Positions 30,146 to 40,376 of a DNA stretch of 64,000 bases are shown one piece after another. Origin of the DNA: an uncultured archaeon (lineage in GTDB: Archaea > Asgardarchaeota > Lokiarchaeia > Sigyniarchaeales > SOKP01); NCBI GenBank assembly GCA_964508365.1, contig CAZDTP010000011.1:14234-78233 (forward strand). The letters are read 5' to 3'. Each line of letters opens with the position of its first letter. Position 1 is the stretch's first letter. A program made the position numbers and the translations under genes. The notes under the pieces are model-generated. The model ran no database searches and was not told the origin of the DNA. It was given only the letters and a program-made list of their open reading frames with translations.

Positions 30146-31418
30146 ACTCAGAATTGTTAAGGTCATCTTAGGAATTTTATCGATTCTAATGTTAATTTGG
30201 GGCGCATTCTGGGCTTATATGCTTTTTTTTGGAGGAAGAATTTTACGAGGGATAACAATTGTTATAGAAGAATTCGTCGCTCAGAGTTCCGTTTTAATGC
30301 TGGCTTTGTGTATAGCAGTTACCATTTTATTAATGAAGTTATTAGCATCGAGACGAGTTAAACATCCCAAGCAATACTATGCCATCATTATTATTGGGTT
30401 AACCATTTCAGGGTTTAATGCCGCCTCTTTACTCGCAACTCCTTATACCATTTTAAATGCAGAACAAGAGTTTGAAGATGCCTTTGGAGTTAACTGGGGT
30501 AATTCAATTCCTCTAAATGTTCAAAATTATTTTCTTCCATCACCATACCTTTTCTCTTCACATTTTCTTTCTATTCCGGAAAAAGCAATCATCGTAGAAA
30601 AGGATATTTTGTTTTACACTGGAGAGAATATAACCCTATATTTCGATGTATACAGACCTGTAGAACCAGCATCACTGTTACCGGGTAATGGAAGTATCAT
30701 TATAAATCTCCATCCAGGTGCTTGGATGTCAGGAGGAAAGGGGACTTGGAATATGATATCCACAAGCAAGTATTTAGCAGGTCAAGGTTACGTGGTTTTT
30801 GATATAGAGTATGGATTAATTGATTGGTTCGAATACGGAGCTGCTGCGCCTGATACTCCAGAATATGTTATGGGAAATTTCACCATCGAAGATCAAGTTA
30901 GACATATAGGTATTTTTACAAATCGATGTGAAAGTGAATTTGCAGCAACTTATGGTGCAAATCTGGATTCTGTGTACTTTATGGGCAGATCAGCTGGAGC
31001 GCACTTAGCAGGAGTAGCAGGATTAGGATACAATTATGATTTTCATAATACAACTTTTAGCCCTAATATGGTGGTAAAAGGTGTAATTCCATTATATAGC
31101 CCCTCTGCAGCTCCAGAGTTTCTTCTTAAAGAGAAAAGAAGCGCTAATCCCGATCTTTATAATGCATATGACTTAGTTCATTTAGCGGATGATGAAGACC
31201 CACCAGTGCTCATTTTTCAAGGGACAAGCGATGGTCAAGTCAGGATTGAGGGCGCAATTGAATTAGAAGAAGATTTAGAATCTAAGGGAACAGATTGCTG
31301 TCTATTAATGTTTCCATTCGCAGGACACGCCAATGATTTTGTCTTGAGTACAAATATAGGTCAAGTCTGGATATACTACTTAGAGCGATTCCTATACTTG
31401 ACGCAAAATATTTCTTAA
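30138..31418 (+). CDS. Membrane-anchored alpha/beta-hydrolase (esterase/lipase-like)
   Basis: Three N-terminal TM segments; HPGAW oxyanion motif; GRSAG nucleophile; GTSDGQV; AGHA. Confidence 0.82.
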   Translation: MNKLRIVKVILGILSILMLIWGAFWAYMLFFGGRILRGITIVIEEFVAQSSVLMLALCIAVTILLMKLLASRRVKHPKQYYAIIIIGLTISGFNAASLLATPYTILNAEQEFEDAFGVNWGNSIPLNVQNYFLPSPYLFSSHFLSIPEKAIIVEKDILFYTGENITLYFDVYRPVEPASLLPGNGSIIINLHPGAWMSGGKGTWNMISTSKYLAGQGYVVFDIEYGLIDWFEYGAAAPDTPEYVMGNFTIEDQVRHIGIFTNRCESEFAATYGANLDSVYFMGRSAGAHLAGVAGLGYNYDFHNTTFSPNMVVKGVIPLYSPSAAPEFLLKEKRSANPDLYNAYDLVHLADDEDPPVLIFQGTSDGQVRIEGAIELEEDLESKGTDCCLLMFPFAGHANDFVLSTNIGQVWIYYLERFLYLTQNIS

Positions 31419-31605
31419 TTTCTTTTTTTTTTTAAAGAAGGAGAGTCTAAATTCAAAATAATTAAATTTCTGAGAGGATATTAAACTTTAAAATTAATTT
31501 TTAACGTATCCACAGTTAAGCTCCATTCAAACCCGCGTTTTATAATTACCTTAAATGATAATACAAGGTTGATTTTTTAACAAAATTATGAATAAGTTAG
31601 AATTT

Positions 31606-32718
31606 TTATAATGATTCATTTATTTGATTAAAAGGAATTATCCCAGGTGTATTTTGATTCGGATTTCCTAATCCAAAATATAATTTTGTATTGAAAGCTA
31701 TAGTTTTGGATCTGCGGTATTTCATACGACATATAATAGGATCATCAGCTAATAAATTTAATAATCCGTCATCTGTTAATCCTTTATTATGATTATAGAC
31801 TTCATTTAATTGGTTCTCTGCATATCTTTGTCTTTTTTTTGAATATTTTGGTTTAATTAGGAACTTTTGCAAAGAATTTGAAATAAAAGTATTTGATCTT
31901 ACTATTGTATCTGTAACATCTTCTCGATAATATTTAGTCGGTAGAATTTCTAATGCTATAATTTTTGATTCATCTGCTATAAGAAGTGTGCCGCTCGTTG
32001 GACTAGGTGTACTAATTATGAAATTGTACATTGTTTCAGCATTATTACATATTTCAAATGCTATTCTTGTTTTAATTGAACATGGTATTGATATCGCTCC
32101 CCTCATACGGTTTTTAATAAGAGTTACAGATAAAGCTACACCATGAGTATTCCTTCCAACTGGCAAACTTAATAAAGCTCCAGTTCTTAATGAAAAGATA
32201 TCAGGTTTATTAGGCATTTTAATCAATGTAAATGTTAAAGTAGGCTTAAAAATCACTGCTAAATCAAAATTTTGCCCTGTTAATGTTGAATTTTGATTTA
32301 TTATACCAAATGATGTGCATCCAAAATCGTAAGAATGAAGAGCTAAGTCGTAATTATTCATTGGAATTAATTGACCATAAAGGATATCTAAAAAACAATT
32401 TTGTAAAAGAATATCTCCGTAAAAAATATTTTCTAAAGCATCAGCCATCCCTTGCATTTCCTGTTGTAAATACCTTGGAATATATTTTTCATATTCTTGG
32501 GCCATACTAATAAATTTTTGATAAGAATATCTTTTAGGAATATATTTTAGTGCAAGAACTTCAATAAGGTCTTTCAATCTATGAATTTTTTTCGAGAGAA
32601 ATTTGCCTTCAAGAAAACCTAAATCATAATGATTAAAAGCGTAGATTTCAAGATATTTTTGACCGTTAGATTCATGCCAAATAGCATAACTCCCATCTAG
32701 ATTATCAATTTTTTCCAT
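31606..32718 (-). CDS. C45-family peptidase / Ntn-hydrolase (acyltransferase-like)
   Basis: EMQGMADA before the autoprocessing site GCTSFG, followed by GQNFD. Confidence 0.75.
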   Translation of the reverse strand: MEKIDNLDGSYAIWHESNGQKYLEIYAFNHYDLGFLEGKFLSKKIHRLKDLIEVLALKYIPKRYSYQKFISMAQEYEKYIPRYLQQEMQGMADALENIFYGDILLQNCFLDILYGQLIPMNNYDLALHSYDFGCTSFGIINQNSTLTGQNFDLAVIFKPTLTFTLIKMPNKPDIFSLRTGALLSLPVGRNTHGVALSVTLIKNRMRGAISIPCSIKTRIAFEICNNAETMYNFIISTPSPTSGTLLIADESKIIALEILPTKYYREDVTDTIVRSNTFISNSLQKFLIKPKYSKKRQRYAENQLNEVYNHNKGLTDDGLLNLLADDPIICRMKYRRSKTIAFNTKLYFGLGNPNQNTPGIIPFNQINESL

Positions 32719-32845
32719 ATTTTGTTTTTAATAATGTTTTTATTTCTCAATTTTATAAGTTTACTATAAGAAAGAAAATTTTATATATTAATATCAAACA
32801 CTATTTTATTGGTTTTTAATTAGTGTAAAATGCTAGATTTTTCTT

Positions 32846-33508
32846 ATGGATAATCAAAAAAAGCTCGCAATCGTAATATTAATTGGAGGAAAAAACATCC
32901 GCTTTGGATATGAGTCGGCAGCGGTTTTAAATATCCTTGGTAAACCCTTGATTCTTCACCAAATAGAAACGCTTTCTAAGTTTGATGAAGATGTGTTCTT
33001 AGTCGCTCACTCAGAATATCAAATTAATTCTTATTATAAAAAAATAAATTTTCCACGAGATATTAACTTCATCGTTGACGATACGGAAATATTAGGAGAA
33101 GCAGAGCTTAGAACACCAATGTTAGGTGTTTATTCTGGTTTTAAAGAGTTAAAAAGATTAGGATTCGAGAAAGGATTTCTTCTTTCAGGTGATATGCCTT
33201 TAATCAAACCGAAAGTAATTGAATTTATGATTAATAGCGTTAAAGGATATGACTGTAGTATTCCAAGATGGCATAATGGTTATTTAGAACCTCTATTCGC
33301 GATATACCCGGTTAGCAGTACTTTTGAAATTGCGAAAAATTCAATTCAAGAACATAATTACGCGTTTAATAAAATTATTGATAAATTATTGCATATCAAT
33401 TACATATCCGTTGAAGATTCCATAAAGCCACTCGATCAAAATTTAGTAAGTCTCATAAATGTTAATGGACCTATAGATCTGGAAAAAGTAATTAAGTTAT
33501 ATCAATAA
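32846..33508 (+). CDS. mobA: MobA-like molybdenum cofactor guanylyltransferase
   Basis: ILIGGKNIRFG, PMLGVYSG, LSGDMPLI, LEPLFAIY and NVNGPIDL. The gene symbol is tentative because the motifs are divergent. Confidence 0.68.
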   Translation: MDNQKKLAIVILIGGKNIRFGYESAAVLNILGKPLILHQIETLSKFDEDVFLVAHSEYQINSYYKKINFPRDINFIVDDTEILGEAELRTPMLGVYSGFKELKRLGFEKGFLLSGDMPLIKPKVIEFMINSVKGYDCSIPRWHNGYLEPLFAIYPVSSTFEIAKNSIQEHNYAFNKIIDKLLHINYISVEDSIKPLDQNLVSLINVNGPIDLEKVIKLYQ

Positions 33509-33702
33509 ATTTTACTTTCTTGTATTCTTAAAACCTCTCACATTAAAAAAAAAAGTAGACTTTTTTTTTAAATGCCCAGAATTGCATAACATTCTACCCT
33601 AACAAGAATTCTAATTTTCTTTATGAAAATCAATTGATTTTTTTAACCAAAGATCAATCCAAAATCGAAATCGTTTTTTTTCTTGTTAAATTGTTAATCT
33701 TA

Positions 33703-36087
33703 ATGGTTATTGAGGAAATCAAATATTTGGAAAAAGCAATAGAACTTGAAAAAAGGGAAGAAATTGGTTCTTCCTATAAAGTTAAGTCGTATAGCGAGAA
33801 AATGAAACTAATGGAAAGTAAGGAAATTCCTCAAAAGCCGATTGAAGATGTATTAAATCATTTATTCACTGAAAATAAAGAGATAACTGATAAAACTAAA
33901 AATTCCATATCAAAAATAATATACTCACCAAACGACAGGATTATTATTCTAATCACAACTCTCGGACAAGATATTATTTGGAAAAGAAGTAAACTAATCT
34001 ATTTGTACGGTTGGTTTTTTTATGTTTCCAAACCAAAAGCAAAACCTCCTAAGCTAAAAAAAGAAAAAAGAAAGAAAGAACCTAAAACAGAAGAAAGAAC
34101 TATAAGCAAAGAAATACTTGAATTCGGAGATTTGGCTATTCCGTTAAAGGAGAAAGAGAATATGCGTTCATTATATCATAACAAAGAGTACTTTCAATAT
34201 TTAAAACTTATTAAATCGGATAATATTATACAAAAACCAATTAAAGAAGTTTTACACGATTTTTTACTTGAAAATCAAGACATCCCCATAAAGGAGAAGA
34301 AATCTATTGGAAAAATCATCTATTACCATAAAGAAAGAGTCATAGTCGTTAAATCTTTAATTGGAGATATGATGTATGAAAATTTAAAAAGTATGGTAAA
34401 GAAATATGGTTGGTATTTTTATATTACTGGTGTCCCTGTCGGAGAAAGTGATATTTCCAAAGCTATTGATAAAATCGAAAGAAAGTATGATGTCGAATAT
34501 TTTAAAGCTTTATCACTTTCAGACGGAATTAAGGATGAGAAGTTGAGAGTTACCATATATCCGATTGTGTTAAAACCAAATCATAATTGTCACATACTAG
34601 GTTTAGGTAAACTTAATATCTTATTAGATTGTGGAATTTCTGAGCCCGAGAAGATACAAAATGAAGAGCAAATGGAAGAATTAGAAAATATTGAACCACT
34701 TGGTGATGATGAGATCGAAGAAGATATAAGCAATAAAAATAAAACTAAACAAGAAAAGATTTTAACTAAACGTGATGACTTTAAGCATATCGATGATTAT
34801 CTTAAAAACCTACCTCAATTAATTACAGAAGCAGAGGAAAAAGAATTAGACAATGGTGAAAGCAAAGCTCATTTTTCTTATCTTCCAAAAATAGACGCTG
34901 TATTTATCTCACATAGCCATTTTGATCATATTTCGGGTCTAAAGAAGTTTATAAATTTAAATCCTGAAGTTCCAGTTCTATGCTCGCGCATTACATTGGA
35001 TTTATTTCTTCTAAGAGACTCGAGTTACTTGAAGCAAGAAAATAAAGATGTTATCGAGGAAGAAGAATACCGAAATCTTGTAGAAAATGTGATATACGTA
35101 GAGAACGGGGACAAGTTGGAATTTAAAGAAAAAAATTGTTTCTTATCGTTTTTTCATGCTGGTCATATGCCGGGAGCACTCATGTTTTTAGCAAAAATTA
35201 ATGATTTTCGCTTCTTATATACGGGAGACTATACTTATTACGATATAACGCCATTTGCAGGAACTAAGCGTTTTCTAGAACAAATATCACGCCCTATCGA
35301 TTATCTTTTAATAGATGGAACAAGCGCCCAAGAAGAATATGGAAATTTTGCTGACCAGTTTCACAGTTTACTTCTTTTTTTAGAACAGAAAGCCGAGTAC
35401 GAAGATAACGTGTTAATAGGAGCTGATCCTTCGAGTTTAGCAATAAGTTTTATGCTAACATTTTGGCGTTATTTTAGAAAATTACAGTTAAGAAAAGGTT
35501 ACACAAAACGGCCTAACATCTATGTCGATATGATGGTAAGGAAGAACATCCAGGTCATCAATCATCGATATGAATATATTTTTGGTCCAATTTCGAGATT
35601 GATAAGAGATAAAGCAAATCCTTTTAATAGTATCAAATTTAGATGGTTTGATAGAAGTGATTTAGAGTTTCTTAGGAAAAAAAACAATATAATCATATCT
35701 CATCCTCCCGATCTTTCCTACGGCTTAATTAGGAATATAATCAATGTAATCGGTCGTAACCCTCATAATCTAGTGTTTCTAGCTGGGGCAATTCACGAAC
35801 AGCCCGGTATGGATTTAATATCTGGGGAAACTGAGATTGAATTCTCAGAAACTTGGAGAGCACCCTTCAGGGCATTTCTAATCAACACTTTTATGCCTCA
35901 ACTAAAAATTAAACTACACGCGGATAAAATTCAACTCGCAGAAATGATCAAAGCTCTTGAACCAACGGAGGTATGTTTTTTTCATCAATCTGCAAGACGG
36001 CTTACAGAAGCCGTGGAGTATGTTAAAGAACTAGGAGTAGAAAAAGTTTCTTTGCCAATCAAGAGAAAACTCTTGATCTTGAACTAA
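33703..36087 (+). CDS. Metallo-beta-lactamase / beta-CASP nuclease with a duplicated N-terminal domain
   Basis: LLDCG, HSHFDH, HAGH, YTGD and late LHAD motifs. ATG33703 is preferred over the track's TTG33634 (same frame). Confidence 0.8.
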   Translation: MVIEEIKYLEKAIELEKREEIGSSYKVKSYSEKMKLMESKEIPQKPIEDVLNHLFTENKEITDKTKNSISKIIYSPNDRIIILITTLGQDIIWKRSKLIYLYGWFFYVSKPKAKPPKLKKEKRKKEPKTEERTISKEILEFGDLAIPLKEKENMRSLYHNKEYFQYLKLIKSDNIIQKPIKEVLHDFLLENQDIPIKEKKSIGKIIYYHKERVIVVKSLIGDMMYENLKSMVKKYGWYFYITGVPVGESDISKAIDKIERKYDVEYFKALSLSDGIKDEKLRVTIYPIVLKPNHNCHILGLGKLNILLDCGISEPEKIQNEEQMEELENIEPLGDDEIEEDISNKNKTKQEKILTKRDDFKHIDDYLKNLPQLITEAEEKELDNGESKAHFSYLPKIDAVFISHSHFDHISGLKKFINLNPEVPVLCSRITLDLFLLRDSSYLKQENKDVIEEEEYRNLVENVIYVENGDKLEFKEKNCFLSFFHAGHMPGALMFLAKINDFRFLYTGDYTYYDITPFAGTKRFLEQISRPIDYLLIDGTSAQEEYGNFADQFHSLLLFLEQKAEYEDNVLIGADPSSLAISFMLTFWRYFRKLQLRKGYTKRPNIYVDMMVRKNIQVINHRYEYIFGPISRLIRDKANPFNSIKFRWFDRSDLEFLRKKNNIIISHPPDLSYGLIRNIINVIGRNPHNLVFLAGAIHEQPGMDLISGETEIEFSETWRAPFRAFLINTFMPQLKIKLHADKIQLAEMIKALEPTEVCFFHQSARRLTEAVEYVKELGVEKVSLPIKRKLLILN
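33832..34425 (+). repeat. Intragenic tandem domain duplication (about 65 aa, two copies)
   Basis: QKPIEDVLNHLFTEN...SISKIIY...GWFFYV versus QKPIKEVLHDFLLEN...SIGKIIY...GWYFYI. Confidence 0.8.
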
Positions 36088-36201
36088 ACTTATTCTATTA
36101 TTTTAATATATACTTATTATGTCTTGAAATATTATCATAAAAAATTAATTTAAAGGATCTTTTTATTTTGTATTAGAAAATAGTAAAAGCGTTGATTAAA
36201 C

Positions 36202-36594
36202 ATATATTCAGAAAAAGTCATGGATCACTTTCGAGATCCTCGAAATATGGGAGAAATGAAAGATGCTGATTCAATTGGAGAAAATGGGAATCCCGTTTGC
36301 GGAGATCTCATGTATATCTATATTAAAGTAGAAGAAAGGGATGGAAAGGAAATAATTAGTGATATTTCGTTCCAAACGTTTGGATGTGCTGCTGCCATCG
36401 CAACATCTTCTATGATAACAGAATTAGCTAAGGGTAAAACGCTCGAAGAAGCATTGAAAATTACTAGAAATGATGTTGCTATATCTTTAGATGGTTTGCC
36501 TCCAATTAAAATGCATTGCAGCAATTTAGCCGCTGATGCTTTACAAGATGCTATTAGAAAATATCGGGAGAAGGGAAAATTAAAACACCTATAG
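36202..36594 (+). CDS. iscU: Fe-S cluster scaffold IscU/NifU; probable ATA start
   Basis: GNPVCGD, FQTFGCAAAIA and KMHCSNLA. The frame extends 5' of ATG36220 as I-Y-S-E-K-V-M-D-H-F (the conserved YSEKVMDHF start) and is closed by TGA at 36193. Confidence 0.92.
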   Translation: MYSEKVMDHFRDPRNMGEMKDADSIGENGNPVCGDLMYIYIKVEERDGKEIISDISFQTFGCAAAIATSSMITELAKGKTLEEALKITRNDVAISLDGLPPIKMHCSNLAADALQDAIRKYREKGKLKHL

Positions 36595-36740
36595 GGCCTT
36601 TAATAGCTATATGGTTCTTAGTTTGGAAAGATAGCCTTACATGCTTTTTTTTATAATGATTAGGTTTAATTATCACAGCAATTTTTATTGATTATTAGAA
36701 CAAGAATTACAATTAAAAATTAATTAATTGAGATGATAAA

Positions 36741-36986
36741 ATGAGTCTGTTACAATGTCCTATTTATTCCGGAGTATTTGGTCCATTTAGTTGGATTTTT
36801 ATGCTTATTGGAGGAATTATTTATTTGGTTATAAGTGTCTTGATCGCTAATTATCTCCATAAAGACGCTATAAAAAGAGGAATAAACGCTGAATTCTGGT
36901 TAGTTTTTGGTTTGCTTTTCAATTTTTTTGGATTAATCCTATATCTGATCGTAAGAAAAAATTATAACCAAGAAAGAAAGGAATAA
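36741..36986 (+). CDS. Small two-TM membrane protein (PLDc_N-like)
   Basis: YLHKDAIKRG...W...LLFNFFGLILYLIVRK pattern; SD GAGATGA upstream. Confidence 0.65.
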   Translation: MSLLQCPIYSGVFGPFSWIFMLIGGIIYLVISVLIANYLHKDAIKRGINAEFWLVFGLLFNFFGLILYLIVRKNYNQERKE

Positions 36987-37245
36987 AAGAACAAACTTTA
37001 GATAAGAATTTTTTTTTATTTTAGATTTTCTAAATTATCAAAATTTCATATTTTTTCTTAAATTCAACAGTTCGAAAAGAACTAGATGAAGTTTTTCTTC
37101 AATTTTAATAGACTTTTATTCTACAATTCAATAAGGTAATTTAATTTAAAAATTTAAAGAAGTGAGTTATTATCTTTTCAAATTATAAGCAAAATCTATA
37201 TGTAATTAATTCAACATTAAAGACTTAGCAGAAGAGTGATGTTAA

Positions 37246-40143
37246 ATGGTATCAGAATCTAATGAAAAGGTTAAAATTAAGCTCAGCGGAATGACATGTG
37301 CTTCTTGCGCCCTCAAGATTGAAACAAAACTAAAAAATTTAGAGGGAGTAAGTAGTTCAGCTGTAAATTTTGCAAATGAGGAAGCAACAGTTGAATTTAA
37401 TTCGAATAAAACTAATTACAATGAATTTAATAAAGCAATTAAGGATTTAGGGTATAAAGCGTCGTTAGCAAAAATAGATTTTAAAGTAATTGAGTCAATT
37501 TCTGAGCAAGAATTTAATAATCTGGTCAAAAAAGTTGCTGAAATCGAGGGTATTTACGATGTTAGAGGTAATTTTATAGCTAATAAATTATTTATCGAAT
37601 TTAATGAATTACAACTTGACGAAAGTGAAATCTTTTCAAATATTAAGCAGATTGGTTATAAAATTGAAAAGACAGCGGGAGCAATTGATAAAGAAATCGA
37701 GAAACACAAAAAAGAAATGCGATATCGATTGCGAATATTATTAATTGCATTAGCTTTCACTTTTGTAATTACGCCAATAAGTTGGTTCGTACCACCGTCT
37801 TTTGTAAGGAATTTATTTCTGTTTTTTTTTGCTACAGCTGATTACAGCGTAGCGGGGTCTTTCTTTCTCGTAGGTGCCTATAAGTCATTAAAAAATAAAT
37901 CAACTAACATGGATGTTTTAGTTGCGTTAGGAACTACGACTGCTTTTGTATATTCAATACTAACAACATTTTTGATTCGGGGAAACACATTCTACGAAGC
38001 AATGAGTATGATTCTAGCATTCCTGCTAATTGGAAAATACTTTGAACATAAAACAAAAGGACAAACTTCTGAAGCAATTAAGAAGTTAATAGGTTTACAA
38101 CCAAAGACAGCTACTCTCTTAAAAGACGGAGAAGAAACAGAAATTCCAATTGAAGAAATCGAGATTGGAGATATTTTGGTTGTTCGCCCGGGCGAAAAAA
38201 TTCCTCTTGATGGACGAGTCGTTAAAGGAAAATCAAAAGTAGATGAGTCGATGATCACCGGTGAAAGTAAATATGTGAAAAAAGAAATCGATAGCGAAGT
38301 TATTGGTGCCACGGTTAACCAAAATGGATTGATTAACATTGTAGCTGAAAAGATAGGAAAAGATACGTTTTTATTTCAAATAATTAATTTTGTAAAAGAA
38401 GCCCAAAGTAAAAAAGCTGCAAAACAACAATTAGCTGATAAAGTTAGTAATTATTTTGTCCCAGCTGTTATATTAATTGCAACTGGAGCATTTCTTTATT
38501 GGTTTTTAATTGCTGGTTTAGGATTAGAATTGTCATTGTTAGTTTTTACATCAGTTGTTGTAATCTCATGTCCATGTGCTCTCGGTTTAGCGATACCTAC
38601 TGCTGTCATGGTAGGTACTGGTAAAGGTGCTGAAAATGGAATCTTATTAAAGGGAGGAGATTCTTTAGAAGCAATAAGCAAAATCAACACCATCGTTTTT
38701 GATAAAACTGGGACTTTAACTGTAGGGAAACCAAGAGTATCAGCAATTTTTACTAAAAAAGATTTGAATGACAGCGGCTATGACGAAGAACAGTTATTAT
38801 TTTATGCAGGAAGTGCTGAAATGGGTTCTGAACACCCTCTTGGACAAGCAATCATTGAAGAAGCAAATCAAAGAGGTTTAACTCTTGAAGTTCCTATCGA
38901 ATTTGACGCTATACCTGGGAAAGGGATTAAGACTGCTATTAAAAATAATACCGTACTCATAGGAAACGAGCAGTTAATGGTAGATAATAATATTTCAATT
39001 GATTCTTATAAGGACAAATTTAATGAATTTCAAAACCAAGGAAAAACAACAATTCTAATTAGTGTTGAAAATGAGATTAAGGGAATTATTGGAATCTCAG
39101 ATAAAATGAAAGAACAAGCTCCGTATGCATTAGAGAAGTTACGTGAAAAAGGATTGGAACTTTTTATGCTTACAGGAGATAATAAACAAACTGCCTTAAA
39201 TATAGGTGAAGAGCTAGGATTTGACGAGCAACATATATTAGCAGAGGTTTTACCGAACGAAAAAGCCGAAACTATTAAAAAATTACAAAATTCCATAGAA
39301 AACAAAATCGTTGGTATGGTTGGAGATGGAATAAATGATGCTCCTGCTCTAGCTCAAGCAGATGTTGGAATCGCGATTGGATCTGGAACAGATATAGCAA
39401 TAGAGACCGCAGATATAGTACTAATGAGAGGAGATCTTAGGAATGTAGTAGCAGCTATTAATCTCTCCAAAAAAACCTACAGGAAAATGCTTACAAATTT
39501 GTTCTGGGCATTTTGCTACAACATTATAGGGATTCCGATTGCTGCGGGAATTCTTTACTTCGCAACTGGATTCTTTTTGCCTCCGTATTTAGCAGCTGTC
39601 TTTATGGCGGCTAGTTCTGTTTCAGTGGTTACTAATGCCCTTTTCTTAAAAAGATATGAACCAAAAACACCACAACAAATCGAAGAAGAAAAACTCTTAA
39701 TCTCCCAAGAAAAAGTTGTGGATCCTGTTTGTGGTATGAAAATTGATCCCAGAAGCGCAATTGAACTCGAATATCAAGGTAAAATATATCATTTTTGCAA
39801 TCCTAACTGCGAAACTCACTTCAAACGGGATCCAGAAAGATTTAAGAATTACGATAATATGAACCCTAAGTTAATGCAAATGAAGAGTACTGAAGAAGAA
39901 TTAGACACTTCTGAAGATCAGAAAAAATTTCAAGAAATCAAATCAAATAAAGAAGAAAAAGAGGTAGATAAAAAAATGGGTAAATTAAAATGTGTTGAAT
40001 GTGGATTGGAGCAAGATTTACCAATGCATTGTGGGCAAGCAATGCATCAAGAAGAAGATCAGCTAGTCTGTTGGATGGGCGCATCTTGTGGAGCTCAACC
40101 AATCCCCAAACATCATGGGAAAATCATGGAAATTGTTGAATAA
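37246..40143 (+). CDS. copA: Cu(I)-type P1B ATPase with N-terminal HMA, C-terminal YHS/TRASH and an extra Cys/His domain
   Basis: [38 protein letters not shown] and YN...P; then DPVCGM...YHFCNPNC; then CVECG...HCG...CWMGASCG...HHG. Confidence 0.93.
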   Translation: MVSESNEKVKIKLSGMTCASCALKIETKLKNLEGVSSSAVNFANEEATVEFNSNKTNYNEFNKAIKDLGYKASLAKIDFKVIESISEQEFNNLVKKVAEIEGIYDVRGNFIANKLFIEFNELQLDESEIFSNIKQIGYKIEKTAGAIDKEIEKHKKEMRYRLRILLIALAFTFVITPISWFVPPSFVRNLFLFFFATADYSVAGSFFLVGAYKSLKNKSTNMDVLVALGTTTAFVYSILTTFLIRGNTFYEAMSMILAFLLIGKYFEHKTKGQTSEAIKKLIGLQPKTATLLKDGEETEIPIEEIEIGDILVVRPGEKIPLDGRVVKGKSKVDESMITGESKYVKKEIDSEVIGATVNQNGLINIVAEKIGKDTFLFQIINFVKEAQSKKAAKQQLADKVSNYFVPAVILIATGAFLYWFLIAGLGLELSLLVFTSVVVISCPCALGLAIPTAVMVGTGKGAENGILLKGGDSLEAISKINTIVFDKTGTLTVGKPRVSAIFTKKDLNDSGYDEEQLLFYAGSAEMGSEHPLGQAIIEEANQRGLTLEVPIEFDAIPGKGIKTAIKNNTVLIGNEQLMVDNNISIDSYKDKFNEFQNQGKTTILISVENEIKGIIGISDKMKEQAPYALEKLREKGLELFMLTGDNKQTALNIGEELGFDEQHILAEVLPNEKAETIKKLQNSIENKIVGMVGDGINDAPALAQADVGIAIGSGTDIAIETADIVLMRGDLRNVVAAINLSKKTYRKMLTNLFWAFCYNIIGIPIAAGILYFATGFFLPPYLAAVFMAASSVSVVTNALFLKRYEPKTPQQIEEEKLLISQEKVVDPVCGMKIDPRSAIELEYQGKIYHFCNPNCETHFKRDPERFKNYDNMNPKLMQMKSTEEELDTSEDQKKFQEIKSNKEEKEVDKKMGKLKCVECGLEQDLPMHCGQAMHQEEDQLVCWMGASCGAQPIPKHHGKIMEIVE

Positions 40144-40173
40144 ATTAAGTTTAAATAAAGAGGTTATAAGAAA

Positions 40174-40356
40174 ATGAAAATGTATAGATGTGTTGGCTGT
40201 GGAAAAATAATGGAAACCATTCCACAATGTTGTAGTCAAGATATGGTTTTTAATGAAGAAAAAAATCAGCTTGAGTGCTATATGGGTGATAACTGTGGAT
40301 ATTTAAGCTTAGCCGAACTTAAATGCGATGAGTGCTGCAAAAAACTAAATCACTAA
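40174..40356 (+). CDS. Small Cys-rich putative metal-binding protein
   Basis: Nine Cys in 60 aa; YRCVGCG...PQCC...LECYMGDNCG resembles the CopA C-terminal domain; SD AGAGG upstream. Confidence 0.75.
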   Translation: MKMYRCVGCGKIMETIPQCCSQDMVFNEEKNQLECYMGDNCGYLSLAELKCDECCKKLNH

Positions 40357-40376
40357 TTTTTTTTCCTTTCTAGTAA

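Noticed and set aside
31506-31514. GTATCCACA, resembling a bacterial DnaA box
   Set aside because: It is a single imperfect copy with no origin context, in an archaeal genome.
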